This document shows positions 50,054 to 61,882 of a stretch of DNA of 64,000 nt, one piece after another. Under the pieces are notes generated by a model. It saw only the letters and a program-made list of their open reading frames with translations. It did not search any database and was not told the DNA's origin. The translations under genes were made by a program, and so were the position numbers. Where the stretch lies: assembly GCF_000142905.1 (NCBI RefSeq), contig NW_013657678.1, forward strand, positions 1-64,000, given 5' to 3'. This stretch comes from Thecamonas trahens ATCC 50062. Taxonomy: Eukaryota > Protista > Apusomonadida. Numbering within the stretch: the stretch's first letter is position 1; each line of letters begins with the position of its first letter.

Positions 50054-50821
50054 CTACGACGAGTCCGAGGCTGCTGCCGCCGCCGCCGAGCTGGAGCTGG
50101 AGCTTGAGTCGGAGCCGGAGTCGGAGCCGGAGTCCGAGCCGGAGCTCGGGCTCGAGTCCGAGTCGGAGTCCGAGTCCGAGGCATCGCTCTTCTTGGTGGC
50201 TTTGCGCTGGGCGCGAACGCGGCGCTTGGCGACGAGCTTGGCCAGCTTGCGGATGGTGGGCGCGAGCTGGCGGGCCTGGCCCGGGGTGAGGATCTCCACC
50301 CGCTTCGAGGCGCGCTCAAGGTAGTCGCCCGAGGCGTTAAAGAGCGGGAGCGAGTCGCCGGCGCCGAGGCACTGGATGTACTTTTTGGAGATGCGATCCT
50401 GGCGGAGGATGACGTCGCGGACGGTCTTGGCGCGCTGCAACGAGAGCTGCTCCATCTTTTCCAGCAGCGACTTGAAGGCCGATGAGCCCGGAGCGAGCTG
50501 CTGACCCGATGCACCTTCGTGGAGCTCGGGAGCAAAGGTGTGACCCATGATGGTCAGCTTGGTCTTGGGCCGCTTGGCCAGTAGCTCGGCGATCTGCTCC
50601 ACATCTGCCTCCGACTTTGCAGTGAGAAGGGCCGAGCCCGGCTGGAAGACAATACGCTTCTTGACATGCAGCTGAGTGAAGGTCTCGCCCTTGCCACGAC
50701 CACGGATGCCCGAGTCAGAGACCGAGTACGATGCTGACGACGACTCGGACGAGGCCAACGAGGCCGACGAGGCCGACGAGGCCGACGAGGCCGACGAGGC
50801 CGACGAGGCGGAAGATGACAT
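50054..50821 (-). CDS. OmpA/MotB C-terminal-like domain protein flanked by Ser-rich tracts
   Basis: IVF.PGSA.L....A..L......L.I.GHT...LS..RA..V...I....I...G.G...P.......KRVEI matches the OmpA_C-like fold. Confidence 0.72.
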   Translation of the reverse strand: MSSSASSASSASSASSASSASLASSESSSASYSVSDSGIRGRGKGETFTQLHVKKRIVFQPGSALLTAKSEADVEQIAELLAKRPKTKLTIMGHTFAPELHEGASGQQLAPGSSAFKSLLEKMEQLSLQRAKTVRDVILRQDRISKKYIQCLGAGDSLPLFNASGDYLERASKRVEILTPGQARQLAPTIRKLAKLVAKRRVRAQRKATKKSDASDSDSDSDSSPSSGSDSGSDSGSDSSSSSSSAAAAAASDSS

Positions 50822-51177
50822 GAGGAAGAGAGGTGGAGAGGAGGTACGGGGTCGGAGGTGGCGGTGGTGTGTGTGGTGGTGGGACCAGTAAAGTGTGTGT
50901 GTGTACGGGTGCGTGTGTGTGCGGTGGCAGGGAAGGGAGGTGGCGGCTGGCGGCTGGCTGGTGGCTGGCTGGTGGCGGCTGGTGGTGGCTGGCGGCTGGC
51001 TGGTGGCTGGCTGGTGGCGGCCGGATGGTATCCGGTGACTGTGGTTGGTGGCTGGTCGACCACTCCCCCTCCCCGTCCCCCTTCCACTCGCTCTCCTTCT
51101 CTCTCTCCTCTTCTCCCTCTCCCCCCCTCCCCCCCTACCTCCCCCACTTCTACTTCACTCCCTCCACCAACCTCATC

Positions 51178-51834
51178 ATGGACTGGGACGCAGCCTTGCT
51201 CGGGTTGACAGATGCGAGCAAGAGCGGTCCGTCCGAGCAGATCCTCTTCCTCCAGGAGCGGTACTACCAGCTGGAGGAGACGTACAATGTACGCGGTGCG
51301 GTGTGAGGCATGTAGCCATCATCTCATCATCCCCCCCCTCCCCCCTCCCCTCCCCTTGCGCACTCACTCATGATCGCCGATGGATGGGGGATGTAGACGC
51401 AATTGGTCGAGAGGGACAACACCATTCGCGAGCTGGAGGAAGAGCTGGCTCTGGTCAGGGCGTCGGCGACGGCGGTGGAGGAGGAGCTGGCCGAGGCTCG
51501 AGCTGTCAACGACAAGCTGACCCGGGATGTGGCGCTGATGCAGGCCAACAACGAGAGACTTATGGAAGTGCTGCAGTATCACCTCAAGAAGGCCGGAATG
51601 GACGGCGATGAGGCAAGCGCCGCTGCTACGGCTCCGGCTCCGAGTGATGAGCCGGCCTCGGCCGAGCCGGATGTCAAGACCAAGAAGCGCTCCAGGTCGC
51701 GAATCCGCATTCGCACACGCAAGTCGAAGCCGAAAGACAAGGACAACGCTACAGCGTCCGACAAAGCGTCGGCGTCGGCGTCGCCAGCCGCATCGCCGAG
51801 CAAGCCGGCCCGCGACGAGCAGGGTGCAGCCTAG
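51178..51834 (+). CDS. Small coiled-coil protein (intron 51289-51396)
   Basis: An in-frame GTACG..TAG intron joins MDWDAALL... to a heptad-rich ORF. Confidence 0.7.
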
Positions 51835-51857
51835 CCTTTAAGCTTTACTCCTCGAAG

Positions 51858-54558
51858 CTACGAGCCCCGCGAGAGCGAGGCCCGAAGTCCAGCAGCTTCA
51901 CGCCCGTAGTATGCGTTCGATTGCGCGAGCTGCCGCCGCGCCTCGGCGAGCTTGGCTGCACGCTGCCGCTCGATCTCCATCTGGCTCTGTGCGTCCTTGA
52001 CAAACGCCTCCTGGGCCGCCAGCGATGATGTCAGCTCCTCCATGTCCGTCACCAACCGGTGCTTGGATCCCTCCAGCTGCCGCTGCCGCGCTGAAGCGGC
52101 ACTGAGCTGGGCTTCGAGCTCAACCACTCGCTCGGCCTGCGCCTTGAGCTTGGCCTCGGCATCGGCGGCGACCCGGACAAGCCGCACCACCTCGGCCTCG
52201 GTCGCCCGTCCGGTTGCAGCCTCAGCCTCGGCAGCTGCCGCCCGCTCCTCGACCCGTGCCACGTCGGCTGCCGCCGTCGCCGCCGCCGCCTCGGCTGCCG
52301 CCGCCCGTGCCTCGGCCGCCGCCACCGCCCGCTCCGCAGCCTCGAGTTGCGCGCTCACCGCCGCCACTTGGTCAGTTGCGCGGTCGTTGGCGGCACGGAG
52401 CTTGGCATTCGATGCTTGCAGCGCGTCGACGTACGCTGACGCGTTGCCACTCGCACTCGCACTCCCGTTGCTCGCGCTCTCCGCCTTTGCTGCATCCAGC
52501 AGCGTCTCCAGCGTCTTGATCCGCGACTGCAGGTCGAGGTGCGCGACCTGAGCAGTCACCGTCGCGGCCTCGGCCCGCGACTCGGCTGCCGCCCGCCGGA
52601 CCGTCTCATCTGCCAGTCGCCGCTCGGCTTCGGCGGCCTTGCTGGCGGCACTTGCGCCGCGCTCGCGCTCGGCCTCTAGCTGGGCGTGGAGCTGGGCGAC
52701 GCGCTCGAGCGCGTCAGCTCGCTCCTGGTCTGCTCGCGTGCCCGCTGTCGCAGCCTCGGCGGCCTGTCGCTCCAGCTTTGCGTTGGCATTGGCTGTGGCG
52801 GCAGCCGCCGCAGACGCGCCCTCCATCCGCGCCTCGGCCGCAGCTGCTGCCGTCTGCGCGTCACGCCAGCTCTGCCGCATGTGGCCAAGGTACAGCTGCG
52901 CAAGGTGTAGCGCGCCTACCCCCAGCGCTCCAAGCTCAGCCTCGGCATCGGGCTCGACGCCACTCGCCGCGCAGTTGGCAGCACGCTCGACCGCGAGCTC
53001 AAGGCTCTCGTGCGCGGCCGCCACCGTGTCCAGCGTCCGGACCAGTGGCGGCGTGCCCTCGCTTCGGTCGGCCCGGAGCCAGTCGGCAGTAAGGTCGGTA
53101 AACGCTTGGAGGCGCGAGAGGAGGCCCGCCTTGCTACCAGCCGCCGCCAGCTCAGCCTCTTGGTGCGCCACCCGCTCCGCGTTGACCGCACTCAGCTCTG
53201 ACCGGGCCACCGCCAGCTCGGCTCGCAGCGCCTCAGCGTCCGCCGCCAGCTCGGCCTCGCGAGCCTCAGCCGCACTTGCTGCCGATCGCGCTTCGGCCAC
53301 ATCCGCCCGTACGTTGGAGAGTTCGCGCTGCGCTGCTGCTGCATGGGCCTCCATAGCTCCTGCGTGCTCCTTGAGCGATGCAACCTTGGCTGCCAGTGCG
53401 CTCGACGACGCGCCCTGGCTCCGCACGGCCTCGACCTCGCGGCGTAGCGCAGCATTGGCCTCGTTCGCTGCGCTCAGCTGCCGCGACAGGTCTGCAATGA
53501 GCTCTTGCGCCGCTGTCGACATCATTGCCGCCAGCGCATCGCTTGGTGCCGGTGCCTGCGCCGCCGCCGCCTGCACAGGCTCGTCTCTCTGGCCTTCGCC
53601 TGCTAGCGGACCCATGCCGCGCGCCTGCAGCCGCTGCACCCGCAGCCGCTCCGCCGACAAGTCCTCCTCCAGAATCCACCGTTCGCGCTGCGCCACCGTT
53701 AGCTGGTTGCGAACAGCCGCGAGCTCGGCCGCTAGCTCGGCTTCACGGGCCGACGCCTCGGCGGTCACCGCCTCGGTGTCTTTCTGTTCAGCGCCCTTCA
53801 TCGTTGCCAGTTCCGTCGCCAGCTCGTCGCGCTCGCGCTCCGCCGCCACCTGCGCCATCTGTGCTTGTCGTGCAGCATGCTCGAGCTCAGCCTGTCTCTC
53901 ACGCTCGACCTGGAGCTGTACATCGGCGGCCTGCAGCCTCGCCCGCAGGTCGGACGCCTCGGCCCGGCCCGCGCCCTCGACCTTGGCCAGCTGCATCTTG
54001 AGCTGTGTCACCTGGGTCACTAGGCCGACAACCTGCTCCTCCGCTGCCGCGCGTGCTGCTAGTGCCGACGGGAGCTCTGCAGCCGCGTCAGCAGCGTCCA
54101 ACGCCGCTGCAGCGATCTCGTCGCGGGCCGCCGCCGCCGACACCGCCGCCCGCCCGGCCGCGTCCAGCTCGTGCTCCAGAGCAGCAAACGACGCCAGATA
54201 CGCCTCCTCCCTCCGATCACTGCTCCGCCATCCGTCCACACGCCGACTTGTGTTGCCACTGCCCGGGGCTTGTCGCGGTGGCGAAGGCCGCAGCAACGTG
54301 TCGGCCGCCGCTGCCGCCGTCGCTGCCGCTGCCAACGTCCGCGGCCGCGGCCGTCCTCCTGCAGGCAGCGAGGCCATAACCGACTGCAAAAGCAGCGAGT
54401 CTGATGGATTTAGAGGTCCCCGTAGCTGTCGCGCGCTCAGCTCCCGTCCCGAGGAGCCCAACGTGCCCGAAGCGCCCGACGTGGCCGTGTTGCCCGGACC
54501 GCCCGACGTGGCCGTGTTGCCCGGACCGCCCGACGTGGCCGTGTGGCTTGGCGCCATT
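51858..54558 (-). CDS. Long Ala/Glu-rich coiled-coil protein
   Basis: Open frame of more than 900 codons with heptad composition; N-terminal 27-bp repeat encoding TATSGGPGN. Confidence 0.75.
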
Positions 54559-54836
54559 CTTGTCGACAGCCTCAAGTCGCCCGTCTGCAAAGCGAACAAC
54601 GACATGCTGCACCACCTCTGACGCCCTTTGCTCTCGAGCCACCAATACGCCTGTGTGAAGTGGTGCCGTGTGTGGCTATCATCGACCACCAACTTGCCTA
54701 CCCCTGCCCTGCCCTCTCAGTCCAAGCTGTGGCGTCTCGCCTGATCGATCACCGCCGCGATCAACCCAGCACCGATCGATCAAGGTGACAGACGACCGGC
54801 TGCCCAGCCCGCTACTTGACTCACAGTCTAGTGACC

Positions 54837-56608
54837 ATGCTGCTGGACGAGCTCAAGTTCCTCAACGCGAAGCGGACACAGATCCACTCGCGCAAGCTGA
54901 GGGGCAAGTACCTGGCCTTTTACTTTGGGTACGTTTTAGTGGGCGGGAGGGGCGGTTGGGGGGGCCTGGCCTGGAGCGGGTGATCTTGATCTTGACGGCT
55001 TTTTTGGCACAACGGCCAGGCGTTGTGGCGTGGACAGTGGTGGGCGGATGAGGTAGGGGCATAAAGGAGATGAGGACTCATGGGTAGTGGGTGTGCAGGG
55101 CCAAGTGTAAGCCATGCGACAAGTTTACTCCTGTGCTGACGCAGTTTTACGCCGAGGCGTGCGCGGCCACATCCGAGTTTGAGGTCGTCTTTGTCTCGAC
55201 CGACGTCTCCGAGGCCGAGATGTACGACTTCCTCGACCAGCATCCCATGCCGTGGATTCGTCTTCCGTTCCGCGGCAAGTACCGCCAGCGAGTGCTTGAC
55301 GAGTTTGGCGTGGCCGAGCTTCCTACTCTGGTCATTGTCGCGCCAGACGGCTCGGTTCTCTCGATGAACGGCCGGAAGGAGGTGCTCGCCACCCAGCCGG
55401 GCAAGGGCGGCCGCCCGCCCAAGATCTCGGTCACCGACTTGCTGAGCAAGTGGCGTGCCGACGCCGGCGATTCGAATCCGGAGCTCGGCGCTCCTGGCGC
55501 CGAGGACTACGACGACAACGCCGAGGCAAGCGGACGTGGCGAGCCGAGCGGTTCGCGACGGACCAAGCGCTCGTCCCGCCGGCGTGCCGGGAGCGGGCGT
55601 GGCGAGGCTCGAGGTGAGCCTGCTGGTGGTAAGAGTGCAGCGGGGCGCTCGGGCGCCGGCGGCGTTGCCGCGCAGACCGGTGCGCGTGGCGAGTTTGTCA
55701 TGACCTGGGCCAACGAGAAGGACGACCGTGGCCAGATTACACAGCACCAGCGCGGCAAGGCCGGCCTGGAGAACCTCGACGCGATGACCGGCCTCACTTC
55801 AGGCAACCTGCAGCCGGTTCACATTGCGCTTCGCGACGGCAACCTCCAGCTGTTCAACTATCTCATGAAGCGGCGGGTGGAGGTGTTTGTCATGGACGCG
55901 TCCGGACGGACGCCGCTGCACTACCTCGCTATGCATGGCGGCGGGACAGCGGCCAAGGGCATGCTCCGCCGGTTTGGCCGCAACCCGGACTGGATGCAGC
56001 AACTCTCGGTGCAGGACAATGACGGCAACGTGCCGCTGCACCTGATGTGCCGCTACGGGCACGGCCACCTCATTCCGTGGGCGCTGGCCCAGGCACCCGA
56101 TGCCGTCGAAGTCGTCAACAATCTTGGCCGTCGGCCGTATGATGAAATGCTGCTCATGGGCCACATGGGCCTCCTCAACGGCCTCACCTTTGAGAAGGAT
56201 CAGTCGCCGTCGTCCATCTTCCCGTCCGACGTCCGCGCCGGCCTTGCCGCGCCCGACACAAACTCGGTCCGCGAGACAGACTCGCCGCGCTCCAAGCTCG
56301 CCACCGCCAAGCACCAAAAGTCGTGCAACCGCGCCCTGTACGATGCTGTCATTGCCGGCGACGCACCTCAGGTCAAGTGGCTCCTCGCCAACACGCCCGC
56401 CAACCCGCTCGCCAAGAACAAGGACGGCGTGACCATTATGGACCACGCCATCTCTGCTGGCGCTATTTCCATCATGCGCATCCTCGACCGCGCCGCGAAC
56501 CCAGTCCCGCCCGTCAACATCGACAACTTTGCCTGGCATCCGGATGTGGTCGCAAAGCTCCCCAAGGACCGCTTCCTCGACCAGAACGACCCCAGCGCCG
56601 CGTGGTGA
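54837..56608 (+). CDS. Nucleoredoxin/tryparedoxin-like thioredoxin domain fused to ankyrin repeats (intron 54929-55098)
   Basis: LRGKYLAFYFGAKCKPCDKFTPVL...FEVVFVS.D...MPW..LPF...LPTLVI..PDG; ankyrin motifs GRTPLHY, GNVPLHL and G.TIMD.A. Confidence 0.85.
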
Positions 56609-56719
56609 GCGAAGTACACCCGCTACCCGCTCCACGCACACCACGACTCGAACTGATTGCGAGCCGTGTTTACTCTTGTCAAATGAATGGCACGTCCCAC
56701 CCTGCGCCCACAATGGCGG

Positions 56720-59008
56720 CTACAAGCCTGCGTTCTCGGTGTCAAACACTTCGATGGGCGCATTGCTCTCGGCCTCGTCAGCCGCACCGAGTCGGGCCTC
56801 ATCGTCGTCAGCATCGTCGTCGGACGAAAATGGATACACCTCCGACGCCACCGGCGGTGGCGCAATGCCCAACACATTGGCCAGCCGCACAGCCTCGGGC
56901 ACATGCGCCACAATCCGAAGCCCCACCAGAGCCTGAGCCTGGGCCTGAGCCTCGACCTGAGCCTCAGCCTCGACCTGAGCCTCAGCCTCGACCTCGACCT
57001 CGGTCTCGGCCTCGGCCTCAGCCTCAGCTTCGACCTCACTCTCAGCCTCGGCATCAGCCTCGGCCTCGACGGCAATGCGCCGACTGCTTGTCACCAAACC
57101 CGAGAGCCACGCCACATACTTGTCCGACAGCACCGCGCGCGCCCCGAGGAACGGCATCAGCTCATCAGAGGTCGACGGCCATTGCAGCGAATTGTCGATG
57201 CACGGCGGTGCTGCACGGTAAACAAAAGCTTCGAGCTCGGTGCCGTCGTCAAGGATCACCGTCTCGCGCGAGCGCACCACATCGCTGCCAAGTCCTAAGA
57301 CGACGTCAAGGAGGGCGAGCGCGTTGCGGTCGAGAGAGTACAGCACGCCCTCTACCGGCGGCACACCACGCTCGGCCGGTCCGATGTTTGCCGTTCCGAC
57401 TTCCGACTCGACCGAGGTGAGCCTGTTGAAGACCAGAACCGCCGACGGGAGGACTGCGTGCGCGTGCCACGCGTGATCCGATAGCGCCGCCGACTGCACC
57501 AGCTGCAGGTCGTAGACAAATACCTCGTTGCCATAGTCAGCCACATCGTCGGCCTCGCGCGCAAAGCGGGCAGCATCAACAACCGGAGCAGCTTGCTCGT
57601 GGCTCAGGCCGGCCGTCAGCTTGGCGGCGTCGGCGTTGGCCGCGGCCTTCATGGCAGCCGCGGCCTCCGGCCCGAGCGCGTCGGCAATCGCCACACCCTG
57701 CGCGGCCAGCTCTGCCAGCGGAGCATCCATCTCACGCTCGCGCGGCATCGGTACTTGCCGCGCCTCGCGTGATGGCTCGGCAATCGCGGGCAGGTACGAG
57801 GCCGAGATGCTCGAGCCGACGCCGGCGCCCGTCACCGCATTGACCACCCTGAATGGCACAAGCGCTTGCTCCGGATGTGCGGCGTCGACGCCGGCGGTCA
57901 GCTCGGCCGCCCGCACTGCCAACGCCTGCTGCTCGCGTCGTGCCGCCGCCGCCTGCCGCGCGAGCACGTTGATCGATGCCAGCCGCGATCGGTCGCGCTT
58001 CCGCTGCGCCATAACCTCAGCCGGAGTCGGCGGCGCCGGCACGCCCGGCCCGTACTTGTAGTTGCGGTAGTCGTCAGGCAAGTGCGAGACACCAGCCACG
58101 TCTCCGTCGCCGCCGCCCAAGCTGGCCGAGTGAGTCTTGAGAAGTCGCGCCACCCGCGGCGAGCGGGTCATGCCCACCCGCGTTGCCAGCGTTACCACCC
58201 GGCGCCCATCGTCCTCGGCCGGCGCCGACCGTGGCGGCGGAGGCCGTGGCCGCACCTGGGCAGGCGCCTTGGCCGCCGGGACATAACCGCGCGGCTCGAG
58301 CGCATGCACCATATCTGCTCGCCGCCGGCGCGGCCGCAGCAGCGCCGCCTTGCGCTGTGCTGCCACCACCGCCGGTGACGGCTGCGGTGCCCATCCCGCA
58401 GGCCCTCGCGGCGGTCGTCGCGCGTCCGTCGCCGTCACTCTCGCGCCGCCCTTCATCCCCGCCACTTCCACCGAATGCTGCAACTGGCCACGTCGGCTCC
58501 CGTCGTGACCACTGTCATCATCCTGTCGACCATCCGCTACCACCGCAAGCAAAGCGGCAGCCTCGCTCTGGCGGCGGATCTTTCGCTGCGGCAGACGCGG
58601 ACGCAGACGCGGATGCGGACGCGGATGAAGACGAGGATGCGGGACAATCGACGGATGCGATGGATGCGGTGGATGCGGGTGGCGAGAGGGATGCGAGGCA
58701 TGCATCGTCGACCTCGCCGTCGTCCGCCTGGTCCTCCTCCGCACAGCGGGCTTGCTTCCCGCCACCGGTCCTCGCGGAGGCATAGCAAAGGCAGTAGAGG
58801 CGGTGAGAAAGGCAGAAGAGGGCGCATCCCCGCCGTCTTCCCTTCGCTCTCCCTCCTCCCTCCTCGTCTGCTCCTGCTCCTCTCCCGCTGCTCCGCGGAC
58901 AAGCGCCACCTCGTTGGCGGTGCGGCCGCGGTGGGCAAGGACAACAGCTCCTGCCGCCACCGCACCACGTACAGGGGGAGTTGTGGGTCTCGGAAGAAGT
59001 GTATGCAT
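56720..59008 (-). CDS. Low-complexity protein with a C-terminal gamma-glutamylcyclotransferase (GGCT/AIG2)-like domain
   Basis: A.L....LVFN......GTANI.P....VEGVLY.L....L..LD...G......V......A.VY fits the GGCT fold; start codon uncertain. Confidence 0.6.
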   Translation of the reverse strand: MHTLLPRPTTPPVRGAVAAGAVVLAHRGRTANEVALVRGAAGEEQEQTRREEGERREDGGDAPSSAFLTASTAFAMPPRGPVAGSKPAVRRRTRRTTARSTMHASHPSRHPHPPHPSHPSIVPHPRLHPRPHPRLRPRLPQRKIRRQSEAAALLAVVADGRQDDDSGHDGSRRGQLQHSVEVAGMKGGARVTATDARRPPRGPAGWAPQPSPAVVAAQRKAALLRPRRRRADMVHALEPRGYVPAAKAPAQVRPRPPPPRSAPAEDDGRRVVTLATRVGMTRSPRVARLLKTHSASLGGGDGDVAGVSHLPDDYRNYKYGPGVPAPPTPAEVMAQRKRDRSRLASINVLARQAAAARREQQALAVRAAELTAGVDAAHPEQALVPFRVVNAVTGAGVGSSISASYLPAIAEPSREARQVPMPREREMDAPLAELAAQGVAIADALGPEAAAAMKAAANADAAKLTAGLSHEQAAPVVDAARFAREADDVADYGNEVFVYDLQLVQSAALSDHAWHAHAVLPSAVLVFNRLTSVESEVGTANIGPAERGVPPVEGVLYSLDRNALALLDVVLGLGSDVVRSRETVILDDGTELEAFVYRAAPPCIDNSLQWPSTSDELMPFLGARAVLSDKYVAWLSGLVTSSRRIAVEAEADAEAESEVEAEAEAEAETEVEVEAEAQVEAEAQVEAQAQAQALVGLRIVAHVPEAVRLANVLGIAPPPVASEVYPFSSDDDADDDEARLGAADEAESNAPIEVFDTENAGL

Positions 59009-59682
59009 ATCTATCGCCACCCCTGCCAGCGCACAAGCCAGGTGTGCCTCTCCCCCAGCTCCAGCTCCCGCTCCGCTTGCCCGCTGTCTCGTCGCTCGTT
59101 GCCGACGAGCCCATTAGTCACCAAGCCGACAAGCGCTCGTCACGCATCATCTCCCGGCGTAAATGCGTCATTTGTAGTACAAAATTTACAATTTGCGGGT
59201 TCCGGTACTCCCCCCCCCCCCCCCCCCCCCTCGTCCCCTCCTCCCTCCCTCCCTCCCCTCCCTCCTCCTTCATCAATCCATCCCCCCCCCTCCGGCCCTA
59301 CTGTTCCTTTTATCGGCTCTGCACTTTCCTCTCCCTCTCCATACCCCACCTCTACCCTGTCCCACATCACTGTAATACCTCAATGTCAACGCCAGCGCGC
59401 CCGACGAGCGTACTGTTTTTTTGGCCCCAACTCCGCCACACCGAATCACATGTCAGATTGCCCCCCCCCTCCGTGGCTGTTGTCAGCAGACGGCGGCCAA
59501 TACGTTCTGCGCTCCACCACCCTGACTGACGCGAGACAGAGACCCTTCTCAGCCGCAAGCACTTCACCCAGCACAAGTCAGGTGGACCCAACCGCAGCAT
59601 CCCCCCCCCCCCCCCCCCCCCCCTTAACCCCTCTCCACCTGGCTACGTACACAACAACCTCCTGCAAGCCGTTGGTTCCCCC

Positions 59683-61858
59683 ATGACAAGCGTGGAAGAA
59701 GTCTCCCCCATGGACGTGGTGGAGCTCGGCGTGGCCGAATCGCGAGCCAACACGATGACGACGACCGGCTACGGAGGCGGAGGACCGGTATGCGGGCCAG
59801 GATCATGTGCCGACAAAGACCCGTCTGGTATGGGTCCATGCTTGGCTTCCTCGGCGCGGAGTGAGTGCCCAGACTACTTTATGGCAAAGGTAGCATGCTG
59901 CTTCCAGCTGGTCCATGACTTGGCTGATGACGCCCGCAAGGCTTACGTCAACAACGACTTTGACTCGGCGGGCAAGTTGTTCTCTGCTGCTCTCGAGCGG
60001 TCAAAGGTCATTCTAGACGTCGTCACCACCGCTCCGCCGCTCACTGCCGCAGGCGTCGACGAGACTTTTCAGGCCGAGCTCGAACGGACCGTCCTGGAGG
60101 TCCAACTGCACCTGATTGCGGTCCATATGCGTCGCGAGGATTGCGACGCTGCGTCGCAGCTCTGCGACGCCCTTTTCGACGCCTCGGCAAACGTGCTCGT
60201 CGAGCAGCATCCAGAGCTCCTGGTTAAGCTGCTCTTCCGCAAGACCCAGATCCTCTGTGCCCGTGGCTCGTTCGCCGACGCCCGCGATATGATCGCCCGC
60301 GCCCAGGCCCTCAGTCCGTCGTCGCCAGCCATTGTCCGGCTCGCCGCAGACATCGAGGCCGCGCTGGACGCAAGTGGGGTCGCTAGCGCCGCGGCACCGC
60401 CGGCCAGCTCTGCGCCTCGCCGCGAGTGTGGCGAGGTGCCCAGAGGCGGTCGGCTGACATCGACTGCAGCCACAACCACGAGTGCGAGTGCAAGCTCAAG
60501 CGGTAGCCACCCGACCAAGTCGTATCACAAGGTTGTGGATGATCTTGTGGCCGAGAAGGGCGCCAAGGAGCGGAGCGCGGCGGCCGAAGCGGCCGAGGCG
60601 TCGTCCTCGCTGATGCACTCGGGCGCGTTTGGCGCCGTCTGCTCGCAGCTGGCGCAGCGCGGGTGCGGCGTCGAGCTGCCGTCGCCGATGGAGATGGTGA
60701 CCAGCCGCAAGCTCGGCATTCCTGGCACCGGCTTTTGCCGCGGCGCCAAGCTGGCGCTCCTCTCGCGCCCCGCGTTTCTCCCAGCAAGCTACGAAGGAGT
60801 GGTAGACTCATACGAGGAGCGCGTGTACTGCGGGCGATTCTCGAAAGACGGCTCGCTGTTTGTCACGGCTGCGCAGGACTGGCGGCTGCGAGTGTACGAC
60901 ACGTCGCGTGGGTCGGACCTGCCGCAACTTGCCGGCGACGCCGCAGCGGTGATGGGCCGTTGGACGGTGACCGACCTCGCGCTGGCGCGGGACAACTCGC
61001 TCCTGGCGTACTCGTCCATCACGCCTGTGGTGTACCTTGTCTCGCCGCACGACCTTGATGGCCCGCACGTCGAGCTCTCGTACCTTGCCGAGTCGGGCTG
61101 GTGCGGCATCTGGTCCTTGGCGCTCTCGGGCGACAACTCGCTGCTGCTAGCGGGCACGTCGTCGCCGGCAGTGGTCGGAGCCGACGTTGCCACGGGCACG
61201 CTCACAGTCTCGATCACCGACGGCCACACTGACGACATCAACTCGGTGGCATTTGCTGGGAGCACCGGCGACGGCGACAACGTCTTTGTCTCGGGCTCTG
61301 ACGACGCCTCGATCAAGGTGTGGGACCTCCGCGCGCCACACATCCCGGTCGGTGTCCTTATCGGCCACCTCGAGGGCGTCGCTCACGTTGCATCCAAAGG
61401 CGACGGCCGGTTCATCGCCTCCAACGGAAAGGACCAGGCGCTCAAGTTGTGGGACTTGCGGCGGTCGGCCATCCCGGTCACCGACTATGAGCGCTTGCCG
61501 CGGCGATCATCGGCGTACCCGTCGTGGGACTACGTCACGTCCGATTACCCGGGCGTCGGAACCGGGGCGCGCCACCGACGACTCGTCGATTCTCTCGGTT
61601 GGCTCTCACAAGGTTCTGCAGACTCTCATTCGCTGCGGCTTCTCCTCGCCGCACACCACCGGCTCGCGCTTCCTCTACTCGGGCTCGCACGACGGCGCCG
61701 TCTTCATCTATGACACCATAGGGGCAACGTGCGCGGAGCTCTTGCCGAGTGATCGCCCGCGCAACCCGGTCCGCGACGTGGCATGGCACCCGTACGACGC
61801 ACGCATCTACACCTCGTCGTGGTCGGGCGACGTGTGTCGGTTTGGCATTGCTACCTGA
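59683..61858 (+). CDS. DCAF11: DCAF11/WDR23 (LEC14B)-like WD40 protein with N-terminal TPR-like region (apparent frameshift near 61575)
   Basis: YCG.FS.DG, W.VTD, GH.DD.N.V.F, KVWDLR, GH.EG...V.SKGDGR...SNGKDQ..KLWDLR, WDY and H.VLQTLIRC.FS...TG.R.LYSGS motifs. Confidence 0.88.
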
Positions 61859-61882
61859 CCTGTAAATTTTATGCACCGATCG

